This document shows positions 36,288-45,799 of a DNA stretch of 64,000 nucleotides, in pieces; within the stretch, counting starts at the first letter, position 1, and each line of letters begins with the position of its first letter. The notes beneath the pieces were generated by a model. The model was not told the DNA's origin. It saw only the letters and a program-made list of their open reading frames with translations, and made no database searches. The position numbers were made by a program, and so were the translations under genes. Source of the DNA: Chloroflexi bacterium UBA4730 (GTDB lineage Bacteria; Chloroflexota; Limnocylindria; P2-11E); NCBI GenBank assembly GCA_002404155.1, contig DHJC01000073.1, forward strand, positions 38,937 to 102,936. Reading direction: 5' to 3'.

Positions 36288-37229
36288 ATGTCACGCCGCG
36301 CATCGGGCATTGCTCTCGCGTTCGTCACGGCCGCGATCAGCGGCGTGGCGGTGTTCCTGAACGGCTACGCCGTGAAGGAGTTCGGGAACGCGACGCTCTA
36401 CACCACCGCCAAGAATCTCGTTGCAGCGATCCTGCTCGTCGCGATCCTCGCTGTCGCCAGCCGCGCCAAGCTGCCGGGCGCGATCCATTCCAGCTGGGGA
36501 TTCACCCGGCCGCGCGGCGCTCGGGAGATCGCGGGGCTCGTCGCAGTAGGCATCATCGGGGGCGGCATCCCGTTCGTCCTCTTCTTCGAGGGCCTCGCCC
36601 GGACATCGTCGACGTCCGCGGCCTTCATCCAGAAGATGCTCGTGATCTTCGTCGCGGTCCTCGCGGTCACGTTCCTCAAGGAGCGCTTCACGATCCTGCA
36701 CGCGGCGGCGATCGGTGTCCTCGTGCTCGGCCAGGCGATCGTCGCGGGCGGTCTGGGTCACCCCGCGCTCGACGCCGGAGAGGCGATGGTCTTCGCAGCC
36801 ACGATCCTCTGGTCGATCGAGATCGCGATCGCGAAGCCGCTCCTTGGCCGGCTCTCCGCGTTGACGGTCGGCGCGGGCCGGATGGCCATCGGCTTGGTGG
36901 TGCTCGCCGGCTTCTCGGTCTCGAGCGGCGCGATCGCGCAGCTCTCGCACGTCACGCCGACGGGGTGGCTCTGGGCCGTCGCCACCGGGATCATCCTCAC
37001 CGCCTACGTCGCGACGTGGTACGCCGCGCTCGCGCGGGCCCAGGCGACCGACGTCACCGCGGTCCTCGTGTCCGCGGCCATCGTCACGGCGGTCCTCAAC
37101 GCCGGCGTCAAGGGCGCGAGCCTCGCCCCGACCGCGTTCGGCCTCTCGCTCATCGTGGCGGGAGCCATGGCGATCGCGGTCCTCGCGGTCCGTCCCCACC
37201 AGACGGCCGCGGGGATGCGCGCGGCGTGA
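36288..37229 (+). CDS. DMT/EamA-family transporter
   Basis: AAGGAGG RBS; ~10 TM in two repeats; FVLFFEGLART...AAFIQK..VIFVAVLAVTFLKERF. Confidence 0.85.
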   Translation: MSRRASGIALAFVTAAISGVAVFLNGYAVKEFGNATLYTTAKNLVAAILLVAILAVASRAKLPGAIHSSWGFTRPRGAREIAGLVAVGIIGGGIPFVLFFEGLARTSSTSAAFIQKMLVIFVAVLAVTFLKERFTILHAAAIGVLVLGQAIVAGGLGHPALDAGEAMVFAATILWSIEIAIAKPLLGRLSALTVGAGRMAIGLVVLAGFSVSSGAIAQLSHVTPTGWLWAVATGIILTAYVATWYAALARAQATDVTAVLVSAAIVTAVLNAGVKGASLAPTAFGLSLIVAGAMAIAVLAVRPHQTAAGMRAA

Positions 37230-37990
37230 GCGTCGCGGGACCGCTGCTGTTCGCGCGGTACGCATATCCGCCGAACGCGCTCGGCTATTGCGGCCCCGCG
37301 GATCACGACGCCCTCCTCGGCTACGGAACGGCCGGTGTCGTCGACACCGGCCTCCGTGATCTCGCCAAAGGCTTCGAGGGCGCGTGGCCGTACCTCGAGC
37401 TCATCGCGCGCGCGAACGCGATCAGCGATCCACTCGACAAGCGGGTCGTCGAGGCGTACTGGGTCGGCAACGCGCTGCTGGACCGCGTCGGCCCGCGGCT
37501 CTTCGCCGACTCGCTCGATGACCGGTTCCGCCGGCGCGCCGGCCGCACCTTCGACCGGATCGCCGCCCCGCTCGCGGCCGGCGGCGTGCCGCACCACAGC
37601 TTCCACGTGTTCGCCGTCTACCCGTGGGTCGGGCTGATGCGATCGGGATCGATCGAGCAGCCCCTCCAGGTCATCGACCAATGCCGGATCCGCTGGGGCC
37701 ACGTCGAGGCGGTCGAGGGAGACCGTGTCGCCGTACGTTCGCGTCCGCTGATTTGGACCGGAGGCCGGCTCATCCTCGGCGAGCCCCGCCGCGAGGTGGC
37801 GCGGGCGGCGATCGATGGCGTCGGCTTCGTGAGCGGCCTCGCCGCGGGCGACTGGATCGCGCTCCATTGGGATTGGGTGTGCGATCGCCTGGACGCGCGC
37901 CGGCTCGCGCAGCTACGCGCGTACACCGGACGCCACCTCGCGATCGTGAACAGCGCCGCCTACCCGGCGCCGGCGGCGGTGCTCGCCTAG
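37226..37990 (+). CDS. Conserved hypothetical (DUF6390-like) protein with HypC-like C-terminus
   Basis: LFARYAYPPNALGYCGP, FEGAWPYLELIA, DKRVVEAYWVGN, PHHSFHV, IDQCRIRWG, GDWIALHWDWVC; family name from recall. Confidence 0.7.
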   Translation: MSVAGPLLFARYAYPPNALGYCGPADHDALLGYGTAGVVDTGLRDLAKGFEGAWPYLELIARANAISDPLDKRVVEAYWVGNALLDRVGPRLFADSLDDRFRRRAGRTFDRIAAPLAAGGVPHHSFHVFAVYPWVGLMRSGSIEQPLQVIDQCRIRWGHVEAVEGDRVAVRSRPLIWTGGRLILGEPRREVARAAIDGVGFVSGLAAGDWIALHWDWVCDRLDARRLAQLRAYTGRHLAIVNSAAYPAPAAVLA

Positions 37991-38072
37991 GCTGACCGCA
38001 ACGCAGCCGAATTTTGTCGTTCCGTCTCTCGATGAGACGATCGAGCGAATTGAGACCGGCCGCGGCCTGGGC

Positions 38073-38552
38073 TCAGGCTCGTTCGCGTCCGGCCGGCGGC
38101 ACATGGAAGTGCCGTCCTGTGATTTCCGATGGCTTGATAGCCATCCAGTGCCAGCGGTCGCCGGGAGCGACGGGCTGGACAGGCACCCAGCGGAGATGCT
38201 CCGCTACCCGACCTGGATTGGTCGTGACCTCTTCGGCGCGGCCCCTGGCCACCACGCTCCAGCCGATGCCCGAATCAGGGTCCCAATTCTCCACTTCAAA
38301 GGCGACTGATGTCCTGGACACCGCATCCAGCTTGGTGCCAGCGCCGGTCCGGAAGACGATTATCTTGCCCTCCATGCCGTAGTTGACCGGGAAGATCTCG
38401 ACCTTGCCTTCGAAGTCAAAGGCGATCCGGCCCACCTCGCGCGATCGGAGGAGCGCAAGACAATCGTCCTCTGTCAGAACCGTTGCTGAATCGTCGAATG
38501 TCACCTGCTCAAGACGTGGCGTACGCATACCCGTGTCGAGGCGACTGCTCAC
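38073..38552 (-). CDS. Pyridoxamine-5'-phosphate oxidase-like protein (second copy)
   Basis: LTEDDCLALLRSREVGRIAF...IFPVNY...IVFRTGAGTKL...VAFEVE.....GWSVVARG. Confidence 0.88.
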   Translation of the reverse strand: MSSRLDTGMRTPRLEQVTFDDSATVLTEDDCLALLRSREVGRIAFDFEGKVEIFPVNYGMEGKIIVFRTGAGTKLDAVSRTSVAFEVENWDPDSGIGWSVVARGRAEEVTTNPGRVAEHLRWVPVQPVAPGDRWHWMAIKPSEITGRHFHVPPAGRERA

Positions 38553-38938
38553 GGCGCCGCCTCACGTTCGACGGACCGCTCGCGCTCGACGTCGCGCGCG
38601 GCCTGCGGTCGCGCGACGAGACGATCGAGCGGGATCGGACGGCCGCAGTCGACGCACATGCCGTACGTGCCCGCGCCCATGCGTCCGAGCGCGGCCTCGA
38701 CGTCGTACCGGTCGCGCTTGAACGCGGTGATCTCGGCGAGCCGCAGCTCGCGCTCGTAGAGGTCCGCCGCAGCGCCGTGTGCGATCTCGTCGTCGTCCTG
38801 CGCCGCGGCTGTCGCCAGCTCGCGCTCGCCGTCGGCGACCTCCTGCCGCAGCGACGAGCGGAACGTCTCGAGGTCGGTGCGACGCAGCGGAAGACGCTCC
38901 TGCAACAGGACCGGGATGTGTCCGGTAATGGCGGCCAT
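38549..38938 (-). CDS. TraR/DksA-family protein, two-cysteine variant
   Basis: Coiled coil followed by DVEAALGRMGAGTYGMCVDCGRPIPLDRLVARPQAARDVERE; the second CxxC is absent. Confidence 0.8.
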   Translation of the reverse strand: MAAITGHIPVLLQERLPLRRTDLETFRSSLRQEVADGERELATAAAQDDDEIAHGAAADLYERELRLAEITAFKRDRYDVEAALGRMGAGTYGMCVDCGRPIPLDRLVARPQAARDVERERSVEREAAP

Positions 38939-39020
38939 CGCGATCAGAGTCGTGCCCGCCCACCGCCACGGGTAGTGCCGGTGGTCCCGGCCGAGGTGGT
39001 CGTTCGGACCAATGGCCGCG

Positions 39021-39331
39021 TCAACGCGCCGGACCGCCCCAGACCGGCGCGTAGTGGCTGTACCAAGCGTCCCGCGAGACCTCCCGGCCGTCCTGGAGCA
39101 CGCCGTTCGTCGAACGCCACTCGCTGCCCTCACCGACGACCGCCACGACCACGGCCTCGAGCACCGCGGACTGGGCGAGCAGTCGCTCGCGCGCCGACGC
39201 GGCGGAGCGCCCGCCGATGTCGATCCCGCGGCGCGGACGCCCGGAACGATGTCATCGCCGAGCGACGTCGCGGCCCAGCCGAGGCCGGCGGCCGTCGCGA
39301 AGAGGAGCACGAGGATCGCGATATGCCGCAT
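39021..39331 (-). pseudogene. Frameshifted/truncated relic resembling the N-terminus of VanW-like / PG-binding exported proteins
   Basis: MRHIAILVLLFATAAGLGWAATSLGDDIVPGVRAA, frameshift at ~39225 to GIDIGGRSAASARERLLAQ...AR*. Confidence 0.45.
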
Positions 39332-39450
39332 CGGTCCCATCGTGTGCCGCGATGCGCAACGTGGCGGCGGCCGAACGTCGCGTTGTGGTTGAGCACTACG
39401 GCACCGCATCGCTCCTCGCGGCGCGGAACACGAGAGGAGCGGATCGCTTG

Positions 39451-40380
39451 TCACACGGCAATAGCCGCCGTCGGAGGCTTCTCGACGGGCGGTGCGCCCA
39501 CGGACTGCCGGACGATGAGCACCGAGCACGGGGCTTGGTACAGAACGGTCCGCGCCACGCTGCCCAAGAGCAGGCGCGCGAGGCCGGTGTTGCCGCGCGA
39601 GCCCACGACGATCAGCTGTGCGTGTGCGGCGGCGATCGCATCCAGCAGACCGTCGGCAGAGGCTCCGGCACGGACCTCCGCGCTCGCCGTGAGTCCACGT
39701 TCGACCAGCCGCGCTGTGGCCGCATTTGCGACGCGCGCGCTTCTAGCGCGGCGCTCGTCGAGCACCTCTTGCAGGAACTCGTCAGTGATGCCCGAACTCA
39801 TCCCGGCGTCGGCGGTCATGTACCAGGGCGGGAGCAGGGGGCTCACACTGACCACGCGCACGGTCTCGTGGGCGAGGAACGGCCACGTCGCCACAAGCTC
39901 TTCAGCGTGCTTCGCGCCCTCCGACCCGTCGTGCCCGAGCACGATCGGCCCCAGGCTCGAGGAGCGGGCGACCAGCACCGGGCACGGAGCGTGGTCCACG
40001 ACCTCGGCCGCGACCGATCCGAGCGTGAACGACGCGAACGCCCCGTGGTTGTGGCTCCCGATGAGCACCAACTCCGAGCCGAGCTGGCCCGCCTCGGAGA
40101 CGATGGCGGTGGCTGGCCGGCCGAAGATGACACGTGCATGAACCGTGCGACCCGGACCGCTCAGCTCCTCCACCAGCGCGGCCAAGCGATCGTCGATCTC
40201 GTGGCGCCGCGCGGCGTACGCGGCCGCGAAGCGCTGCGGCCGCAGATCGATCTCGTCATCGATGAACTGATCGACCCGGAGCACCTCGATGACGGTGCCG
40301 GCCGGCCATGTGGTCGCGGCGGCGAGCGCCTCCGCGTGCTTGGCTGAAGGCGAGCCATCGGTCGCGAGCAGGATCTTCAT
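39451..40380 (-). CDS. Tandem-domain universal stress protein (USP 2)
   Basis: MKILLATDGSPSAKHAE; LGSVAAEVVDHAPCPVLVAR; GSRGNTGLARLLLGSVA; close paralog of USP 1. Confidence 0.93.
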   Translation of the reverse strand: MKILLATDGSPSAKHAEALAAATTWPAGTVIEVLRVDQFIDDEIDLRPQRFAAAYAARRHEIDDRLAALVEELSGPGRTVHARVIFGRPATAIVSEAGQLGSELVLIGSHNHGAFASFTLGSVAAEVVDHAPCPVLVARSSSLGPIVLGHDGSEGAKHAEELVATWPFLAHETVRVVSVSPLLPPWYMTADAGMSSGITDEFLQEVLDERRARSARVANAATARLVERGLTASAEVRAGASADGLLDAIAAAHAQLIVVGSRGNTGLARLLLGSVARTVLYQAPCSVLIVRQSVGAPPVEKPPTAAIAV

Positions 40381-40402
40381 CAACGTTCTCCCACTTTCGG
40401 AG

Positions 40403-40585
40403 CTACGCGGCGCTCCGTACCCTGCGGTCCGCAGCACCGCGGCGCAGCGCCAACTCGAGTCGCCAATCGTTGCGCCGGCGCCAGGCGTCGGCGTAGCCAC
40501 GGTCGTACGCCGCGATCGCGAGGAACGTCATCGCGATCGCGCCGACCGCGGCTCCGGCCACGAGTCCGATCAGCAAGAGGCCCAC
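40403..40585 (-). CDS. Small single-pass membrane protein (60 aa)
   Basis: Hydrophobic N-terminus followed by YDRGYADAW; fills the gap between co-oriented genes. Confidence 0.55.
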   Translation of the reverse strand: MGLLLIGLVAGAAVGAIAMTFLAIAAYDRGYADAWRRRNDWRLELALRRGAADRRVRSAA

Positions 40586-40587
40586 CG

Positions 40588-40866
40588 TTACGCCGGCGTC
40601 TGGCTCTCGCGCCGCTCCACCACGACGGTGGCATCGGCCACGATCGTCGCGATCGTCGCGATCGCGGCCCAGATCGGAAGCAGCATCGCGCCGACGACGC
40701 CGATGGTGAGCGGAGCTTCGATCAGCGTGACGCCGTCACGGTCCTTCACGATCAGACGGCGCACGTTGCCTTCGTGGATCAGGGCCTTGATCTTCTCGAT
40801 GACCCGGTCCACGCCCTCGTCGTCGAGGTGGAAGGTCTCGCAGATCGTTTCCTTGGTGAGCGGCAC
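40588..40866 (-). CDS. DUF4342-domain protein
   Basis: VIEKIKALIHEGNVRRLIVK...LIEAPLTIGVVGAMLLPIWAAIA...ATVVVER. Confidence 0.85.
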   Translation of the reverse strand: MPLTKETICETFHLDDEGVDRVIEKIKALIHEGNVRRLIVKDRDGVTLIEAPLTIGVVGAMLLPIWAAIATIATIVADATVVVERRESQTPA

Positions 40867-41012
40867 GGGACGCCTCCTTGGATTCTTCGAACAAGCATCG
40901 CCACGCGTGTCCCCGCCAACTAGGGCCAGTCGGCTCATCAAAGCGAGCCGCTCGGCTCTCGTCCCTGGTGGCCATGCGGCGACGCTGTTCGCACTCCGCC
41001 TCGAGGAGTGAG

Positions 41013-41567
41013 ATGAAAATCGTTGGCACCTGCGCTCTGATCGTGTTCGCCGTGATGTCATGTACGGCACCGGCGGCACGGCCGAGCGCGTCACCGACAC
41101 CGACCGCCACGACCGTCGCCTCAGCGTCACCGTCCCCGGGGACGGCGAGCTGGGTCGTGTACTTCGCGCGTGACCTCGCGAGTCCCGTCCCGGTGACGCT
41201 CGAGGGACCTGCTCCGGGCGCCGGCATCGAGCTGCGCGTGCGACAGCGGATGGAGCTCCTCGCCAACGGACCACGCAGCCGCGACGGCGGCGCGTTCAAC
41301 GTGCTCCCTGGAATGAACGCGCGCCTCGCGACCGTCACGGTCGCCGCTGATCTGGCCACGCTGGATTACCTCGTGCCCGAGGACGACTGGGGTCTGAACG
41401 GCAGCGCGACGCTGCGGGCCTTCGTCCAGCAGATGATCTTCACGGCCTCCGAGGAGCCGGGGATCGTCCGCGTCCTCATCACCCAGAACGGCGGGCATCA
41501 AGCCATCGTCGGTGGTGAGGGGCTCGTCGTCTCGGCTCCCCAGACCCGCGCAGGGCTTGGCTACTAG
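41013..41567 (+). CDS. GerMN-domain lipoprotein
   Basis: Lipobox VMSC, S/P/T linker, VYFARD...LANGP...ATLDY...VQQMIFTASEEPGIVRVLI. Confidence 0.75.
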   Translation: MKIVGTCALIVFAVMSCTAPAARPSASPTPTATTVASASPSPGTASWVVYFARDLASPVPVTLEGPAPGAGIELRVRQRMELLANGPRSRDGGAFNVLPGMNARLATVTVAADLATLDYLVPEDDWGLNGSATLRAFVQQMIFTASEEPGIVRVLITQNGGHQAIVGGEGLVVSAPQTRAGLGY

Positions 41568-41773
41568 CTCTCATGCCGAACCAAGCAGCGCGCGTGATAG
41601 GGATGAGCGTGACCAGCGCGCATCCGCTGCTGGTGCCGAACGGGATCCCGGATAACTGGACGGCCGCGGTCGATGCGGATCGAGCGGCGTGCCGTACGTC
41701 CCGGGCGCCAGCGGACTCACCGATACGGAGTTCTGGCGGCTCGCCAACTCGCTCCACCCGAACCAGATCTAGC

Positions 41774-41789
41774 GGGGTCGAAGGTCCGG
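41774..41789. promoter_or_regulatory. DosR/OsdR-like box (GGGGTCGAAGGTCCGG) upstream of BON 2
   Basis: Partial match to the recurrent motif. Confidence 0.4.
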
Positions 41790-41919
41790 GGAAACCGGGC
41801 CACTCGGCACTCGTCGCGCCACCCCTCACGGAGCACGCTCGCGGTCGCGCGGCGCGCGCGCGCCACGGACCGGAGATCCGTGGGCTTCCGCGTCGAACGC
41901 GGAGCAGGAAGGACCCGAC

Positions 41920-42585
41920 ATGACGCTCACCCGAGGCCGCGCCAAGACCGACCAAGAGATCCAGCTCGACGTTCTCGCGGAGATCGCTCGCGACTTCCGC
42001 TTCAAGCCGGCCGAGCTCGGGGTCGAGGTCGATGGCGGCATCGTCACGCTCACCGGCACCGTCTCCGGCTTCCGCAAGATCGGGGAGGCGGCCGAGCTCG
42101 CCACCGGCGTGCCAGGCGTCCGAGATGTCGCCAACGAGCTGACGGTCAACCCGGTCGCAACGTTCCGTGACGACACGGCCATCGCGCGAGCCGTCCGCAA
42201 CGCGCTCGAGTGGGACGCGGTCGTTCCCGACGACCGGATCGACAGCATCGTTCGCCACGGCGTCGTGACGCTGACCGGCACCGTCGACTACGGCTTCCAG
42301 CGCAAGATGGCGGCGGATGCGATCGCCAACCTCAACGGCGTGGTATTCGTGAACAATCACATCCGCATCGTGCCGCCGGTCCGCTCCGATGCCGACATCT
42401 ACGGCGAGCTCACGGCTGCGCTGCGCCGCCGCTTCCCGTCCGAGGACCTCGACGCGATCGTCGACGCCGGCACCGTCACGCTCATGGGGACGGTCCCGAG
42501 CTATCGGATCCGCCGGGAGGCCGAGGGCGTCGCCTGGGCCACGCACGGCGTCCAAGCGCTCACGAACAACATCGTCATCGCCTGA
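41920..42585 (+). CDS. Triple-BON-domain protein (BON 2)
   Basis: Close paralog of BON 1 (KTD.EIQLDVLAEI.RDF.FKPAE.GVEVD.GIVTLTG). Confidence 0.92.
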   Translation: MTLTRGRAKTDQEIQLDVLAEIARDFRFKPAELGVEVDGGIVTLTGTVSGFRKIGEAAELATGVPGVRDVANELTVNPVATFRDDTAIARAVRNALEWDAVVPDDRIDSIVRHGVVTLTGTVDYGFQRKMAADAIANLNGVVFVNNHIRIVPPVRSDADIYGELTAALRRRFPSEDLDAIVDAGTVTLMGTVPSYRIRREAEGVAWATHGVQALTNNIVIA

Positions 42586-42623
42586 TCGAGGGAGAGACCA
42601 CCACTCGAAGATGGAAGTGTGAG

Positions 42624-43412
42624 ATGACCCAGACGATCGTTCGACCGACCGACGCGGCCGAGGTTCGCGTTCCACGCCTACAGAACAAGGTGGCGATCGT
42701 CACCGGTGCCGGTTCCGGCATCGGCCGGGCGACCGCGGAGCTCTTCCACCGAGAGGGCGCGATGGTCGTAGCGGTCGATCAGGTTGCCGCCGGGCTCGCC
42801 CAGCTACCGGCGGACGAGCGCATGCAGAGCGTCGTCGCCGATGTCTCCAGGCGGGCCGACGACGAGCGAGCCGTGGCGACGGCGGTCGATCGTTTCGGCC
42901 GGCTCGACGCGCTGTGCAACGTCGCCGGCATCGTGGACCGACTACTCCCGGTCGGCGAGCTCACCGACGAGGTGTGGGAGCACGTCCTGGCCGTGAACCT
43001 CACCGGTCCGATGCTGGCGATGCGCGCCGCCATCCCGGCGATGTTGCTGGGAGGAGGTGGCGTCATCGTCAATATCTCATCGATCGGTGGGCTGTTCGGC
43101 GCACGCGGCGGCGCGGCGTACGCGGCCAGCAAGCACGGGCTCATCGGCCTCACGAAAAACGTGGCCGCGACCTACGGCCGCGAGGGCATCCGCGCGGTCG
43201 CTGTGTGTCCGGGCGCGGTCGACACCGGGATCAGCCTGGGCGGAGACCCCAGCCCCAGGGGCCTCGAGGCGCTGAACGCAACACTGCCAGCGAACCCGCG
43301 CGCCGCCGCCGCGCTCGAGATCGCGAATCTCATCCTGTTCCTCGCGTCGGACGAGGCCAGCTTCGTCAACGGCGCAGCCATCGTCGCCGACGGGGGTTGG
43401 ACCGCCGCGTAA
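42624..43412 (+). CDS. Short-chain dehydrogenase/reductase
   Basis: TGAGSGIG, CNVAGI, NISS, YAASKHG, VCPG, DGGWTA. Confidence 0.93.
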   Translation: MTQTIVRPTDAAEVRVPRLQNKVAIVTGAGSGIGRATAELFHREGAMVVAVDQVAAGLAQLPADERMQSVVADVSRRADDERAVATAVDRFGRLDALCNVAGIVDRLLPVGELTDEVWEHVLAVNLTGPMLAMRAAIPAMLLGGGGVIVNISSIGGLFGARGGAAYAASKHGLIGLTKNVAATYGREGIRAVAVCPGAVDTGISLGGDPSPRGLEALNATLPANPRAAAALEIANLILFLASDEASFVNGAAIVADGGWTAA

Positions 43413-43447
43413 CGGCCTCGGTTCGGGGGACGGTCCGCCCCATATCC

Positions 43448-43463
43448 GGTGACCTTCGGCCCT
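43448..43463. promoter_or_regulatory. DosR/OsdR-like box (reverse strand AGGGCCGAAGGTCACC) upstream of the microprotein-aconitase unit
   Basis: Recurrent motif. Confidence 0.65.
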
Positions 43464-43498
43464 ATTGACCGCCGAGCGGCGAGCCGAAGATTTGAGGC

Positions 43499-43639
43499 AT
43501 GGACTTCGGAATCATGCTCACGACGGTGATCCTTTTCGCAGTCATGATCGCGACCGTTGCCGGCTTCGTCGCCGCACGCGTGCTGATGCACGCGGCCGAG
43601 ACAAGATCGCCGAAGGGTCGTGAATCACATGACCGCTGA
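43499..43639 (+). CDS. Single-pass membrane microprotein (46 aa)
   Basis: GAGG RBS; MDFGIMLTTVILFAVMIATVAGFVAARVLMHAAETRSPKGRESHDR*; below the ORF-track cutoff. Confidence 0.55.
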   Translation: MDFGIMLTTVILFAVMIATVAGFVAARVLMHAAETRSPKGRESHDR

Positions 43640-43772
43640 TGCGCTCGTCTTTCTCGTCGCGCTTGTCCTTCCGATCATGACCCTCGCCATCCTCGTCGGG
43701 TTGATCACCGGAGTCGCTGAGCTCGAACGCTCGCGCGACGAGCTCATCGAGCTCAGCGCGTCGAAGAGGTAG
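43629..43772 (+). CDS. Single-pass membrane microprotein (47 aa)
   Basis: MTADALVFLVALVLPIMTLAILVGLITGVAELERSRDELIELSASKR*; overlaps the previous ORF by 11 nt. Confidence 0.55.
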   Translation: MTADALVFLVALVLPIMTLAILVGLITGVAELERSRDELIELSASKR

Positions 43773-43837
43773 GGTGGTGTTCTGGAAGAAGCGCGACCGC
43801 GCCCTACGGCAAGCGACTGCCTGAGCTCACGCTCTCG

Positions 43838-45790
43838 GTGACCGGCTCGGTCACGGAAACGATCCTCCGTGAGCATCTGATCGAGGGTGAGCTCACGCCG
43901 GGGAGCGAGATCGCGATCCGCATCGATCACACCCTGACCCAGGATGCGACCGGGACGTTGGCGTATCTGCAGTTCGAGGCCCTCGGTCTCGAGCGCGTAC
44001 GCAACGAGCTCGCGGTTTCCTATATCGACCACAACATGCTGCAGACCGGTTTCGAGAACGCGGACGACCACCGGTTCCTGCAGAGCACGGCGGCGAGGTT
44101 CGGCGCGCACTTCTCGCGGCCGGGCAACGGGATCTGCCACCAGGTGCATCTGGAGCGCTTCGCCGCACCGGGCAAGACGCTGCTCGGCAGCGACTCGCAC
44201 ACCCCGACCGCCGGCGGGATGGGCATGCTCGCGATCGGTGCGGGCGGCCTCGACATCGCGATGGCCATGGCGGGAGAGCCGTTCATTCTCGAGATGCCGA
44301 CGGTGGTGGCCGTCCGGCTGCACGGCGCACTCATGCCGATGGTCTCGGCCAAAGACATCATCCTCGAGCTGCTCCGGCGACTGAGCGTGCGCGGCGGCCG
44401 CGGGCGGATCTTCGAGTACATCGGCCCCGGCGTCGACGGGCTCTCGGTGCCCGAGCGGGCGACGATCACGAACATGGGCGCCGAGCTCGGCGCGACGACC
44501 TCGATCTTCCCCAGCGACGAGCAGACCCGCCGCTACCTGCGCGCGCAGGGCCGCGAGCTCACCTGGCGTCGGCTGCTCGCCGATGCCGCCGGGTCGTACG
44601 CGGAGGAGCTCGCGATCGATCTGACGACCCTTGGACCGCTCGTAGCGCTGCCGCACTCGCCAGACCACGTCGTGCCCATCACCGGCGTCGTCGGCACCCC
44701 CATCCAGCAGGTCGCGATCGGCTCGTGCACCAATTCGAGCTACCGGGACCTCCTGATCGCGGCGAAGATCCTCGAGGGTCACAGCATCGACCCGAGCGTT
44801 TCGCTCGTGGTGAGCCCTGGGTCGCGTCAGGCGTTCCTGATGGCCGAGCGCGAGGGCGTGATCGAGACCTTCGTGCGGGCCGGGGCACGGATCCTCGAGT
44901 CAGCCTGCGGCCCCTGCATCGGGATGGGTCAGGCGCCGGCGTCAGGCTCGGCGTCGCTGCGCTCGTTCAACCGCAACTTCAGCGGCCGCTCCGGAACCGC
45001 GGATGCCGGCGTGTACCTCGCCAGCCCCGAGGTCTGCGCCGCGAGCGCGCTGAGCGGCCGGATCAGCGATCCGCGCGACCTCGAGCGCATTCCTGAGGTG
45101 CGCGCGATCCCCGCTGCGTACCAGATCGACGACTCGCAGATCCTCGCGCCCGCACCGACCAGCGACGTTGCGATCGTCCGCGGTCCGAACATCGCCCCAC
45201 TCCCCACCTTCGGCCCGCTTCCGGCGACGGTCGCGGGTCCGCTGCTCAAGAAGCTCGGCGACGACATCTCCACCGACGACATCCTCCCCGCCGGGGCCGA
45301 GATCCTGCCGTTCCGCTCGAACATCCCGGTGCTCGCGCGATTCACGTTCAAGCGCCTGGACCCGAGCTTCGCCACCCGCGCGGCAGCGCAGTCCGGCTCG
45401 TTCATCGTGGCGGGGCGCAACTACGGTCAAGGGAGCTCGCGCGAACACGCAGCCATGGTGCTGCGCTACCTCGGCGTCCAGGTCGTCATCGCGGAGTCCT
45501 TCGCCCGGATCCACGCAGCCAATCTGGTGAACTTCGGGATCGTCCCGCTGACCTTCGATGATCCGCGCGATCTGCAGCTGCTCCAAGAGGGCGACACGCT
45601 CGCGATCGAGGACATCGCCGGAGCGCTTGCTGTCGAGTCGGTGCCGATCCGGCTGGAAGTGTCGCGTCTGGAGCGGCCGGTGCTGCTCCGCCACCAGCTG
45701 ACCGAGCGGCAGATCGCGATCCTCCAGGCCGGCGGGCTCCTCAACCGGGCCCGGCGCGCGGATCGCTCGAAGGCGGCGGCGCTGGCCTGA
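43838..45790 (+). CDS. Aconitate hydratase (short ~650 aa type)
   Basis: DHTLTQDATG, YIDHN, PGNGICHQ, GSDSHT, IGSCTNSS, CGPCIGMG, RSFNRNF.GRSG, ISTDDI, NYGQGSSREHA. Confidence 0.92.
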   Translation: MTGSVTETILREHLIEGELTPGSEIAIRIDHTLTQDATGTLAYLQFEALGLERVRNELAVSYIDHNMLQTGFENADDHRFLQSTAARFGAHFSRPGNGICHQVHLERFAAPGKTLLGSDSHTPTAGGMGMLAIGAGGLDIAMAMAGEPFILEMPTVVAVRLHGALMPMVSAKDIILELLRRLSVRGGRGRIFEYIGPGVDGLSVPERATITNMGAELGATTSIFPSDEQTRRYLRAQGRELTWRRLLADAAGSYAEELAIDLTTLGPLVALPHSPDHVVPITGVVGTPIQQVAIGSCTNSSYRDLLIAAKILEGHSIDPSVSLVVSPGSRQAFLMAEREGVIETFVRAGARILESACGPCIGMGQAPASGSASLRSFNRNFSGRSGTADAGVYLASPEVCAASALSGRISDPRDLERIPEVRAIPAAYQIDDSQILAPAPTSDVAIVRGPNIAPLPTFGPLPATVAGPLLKKLGDDISTDDILPAGAEILPFRSNIPVLARFTFKRLDPSFATRAAAQSGSFIVAGRNYGQGSSREHAAMVLRYLGVQVVIAESFARIHAANLVNFGIVPLTFDDPRDLQLLQEGDTLAIEDIAGALAVESVPIRLEVSRLERPVLLRHQLTERQIAILQAGGLLNRARRADRSKAAALA

Positions 45791-45799
45791 CGCCGACGG

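Noticed and set aside
41573-41923. 116-aa ORF before BON 2
   Set aside because: Low-complexity, no motif; the region contains a probable operator.
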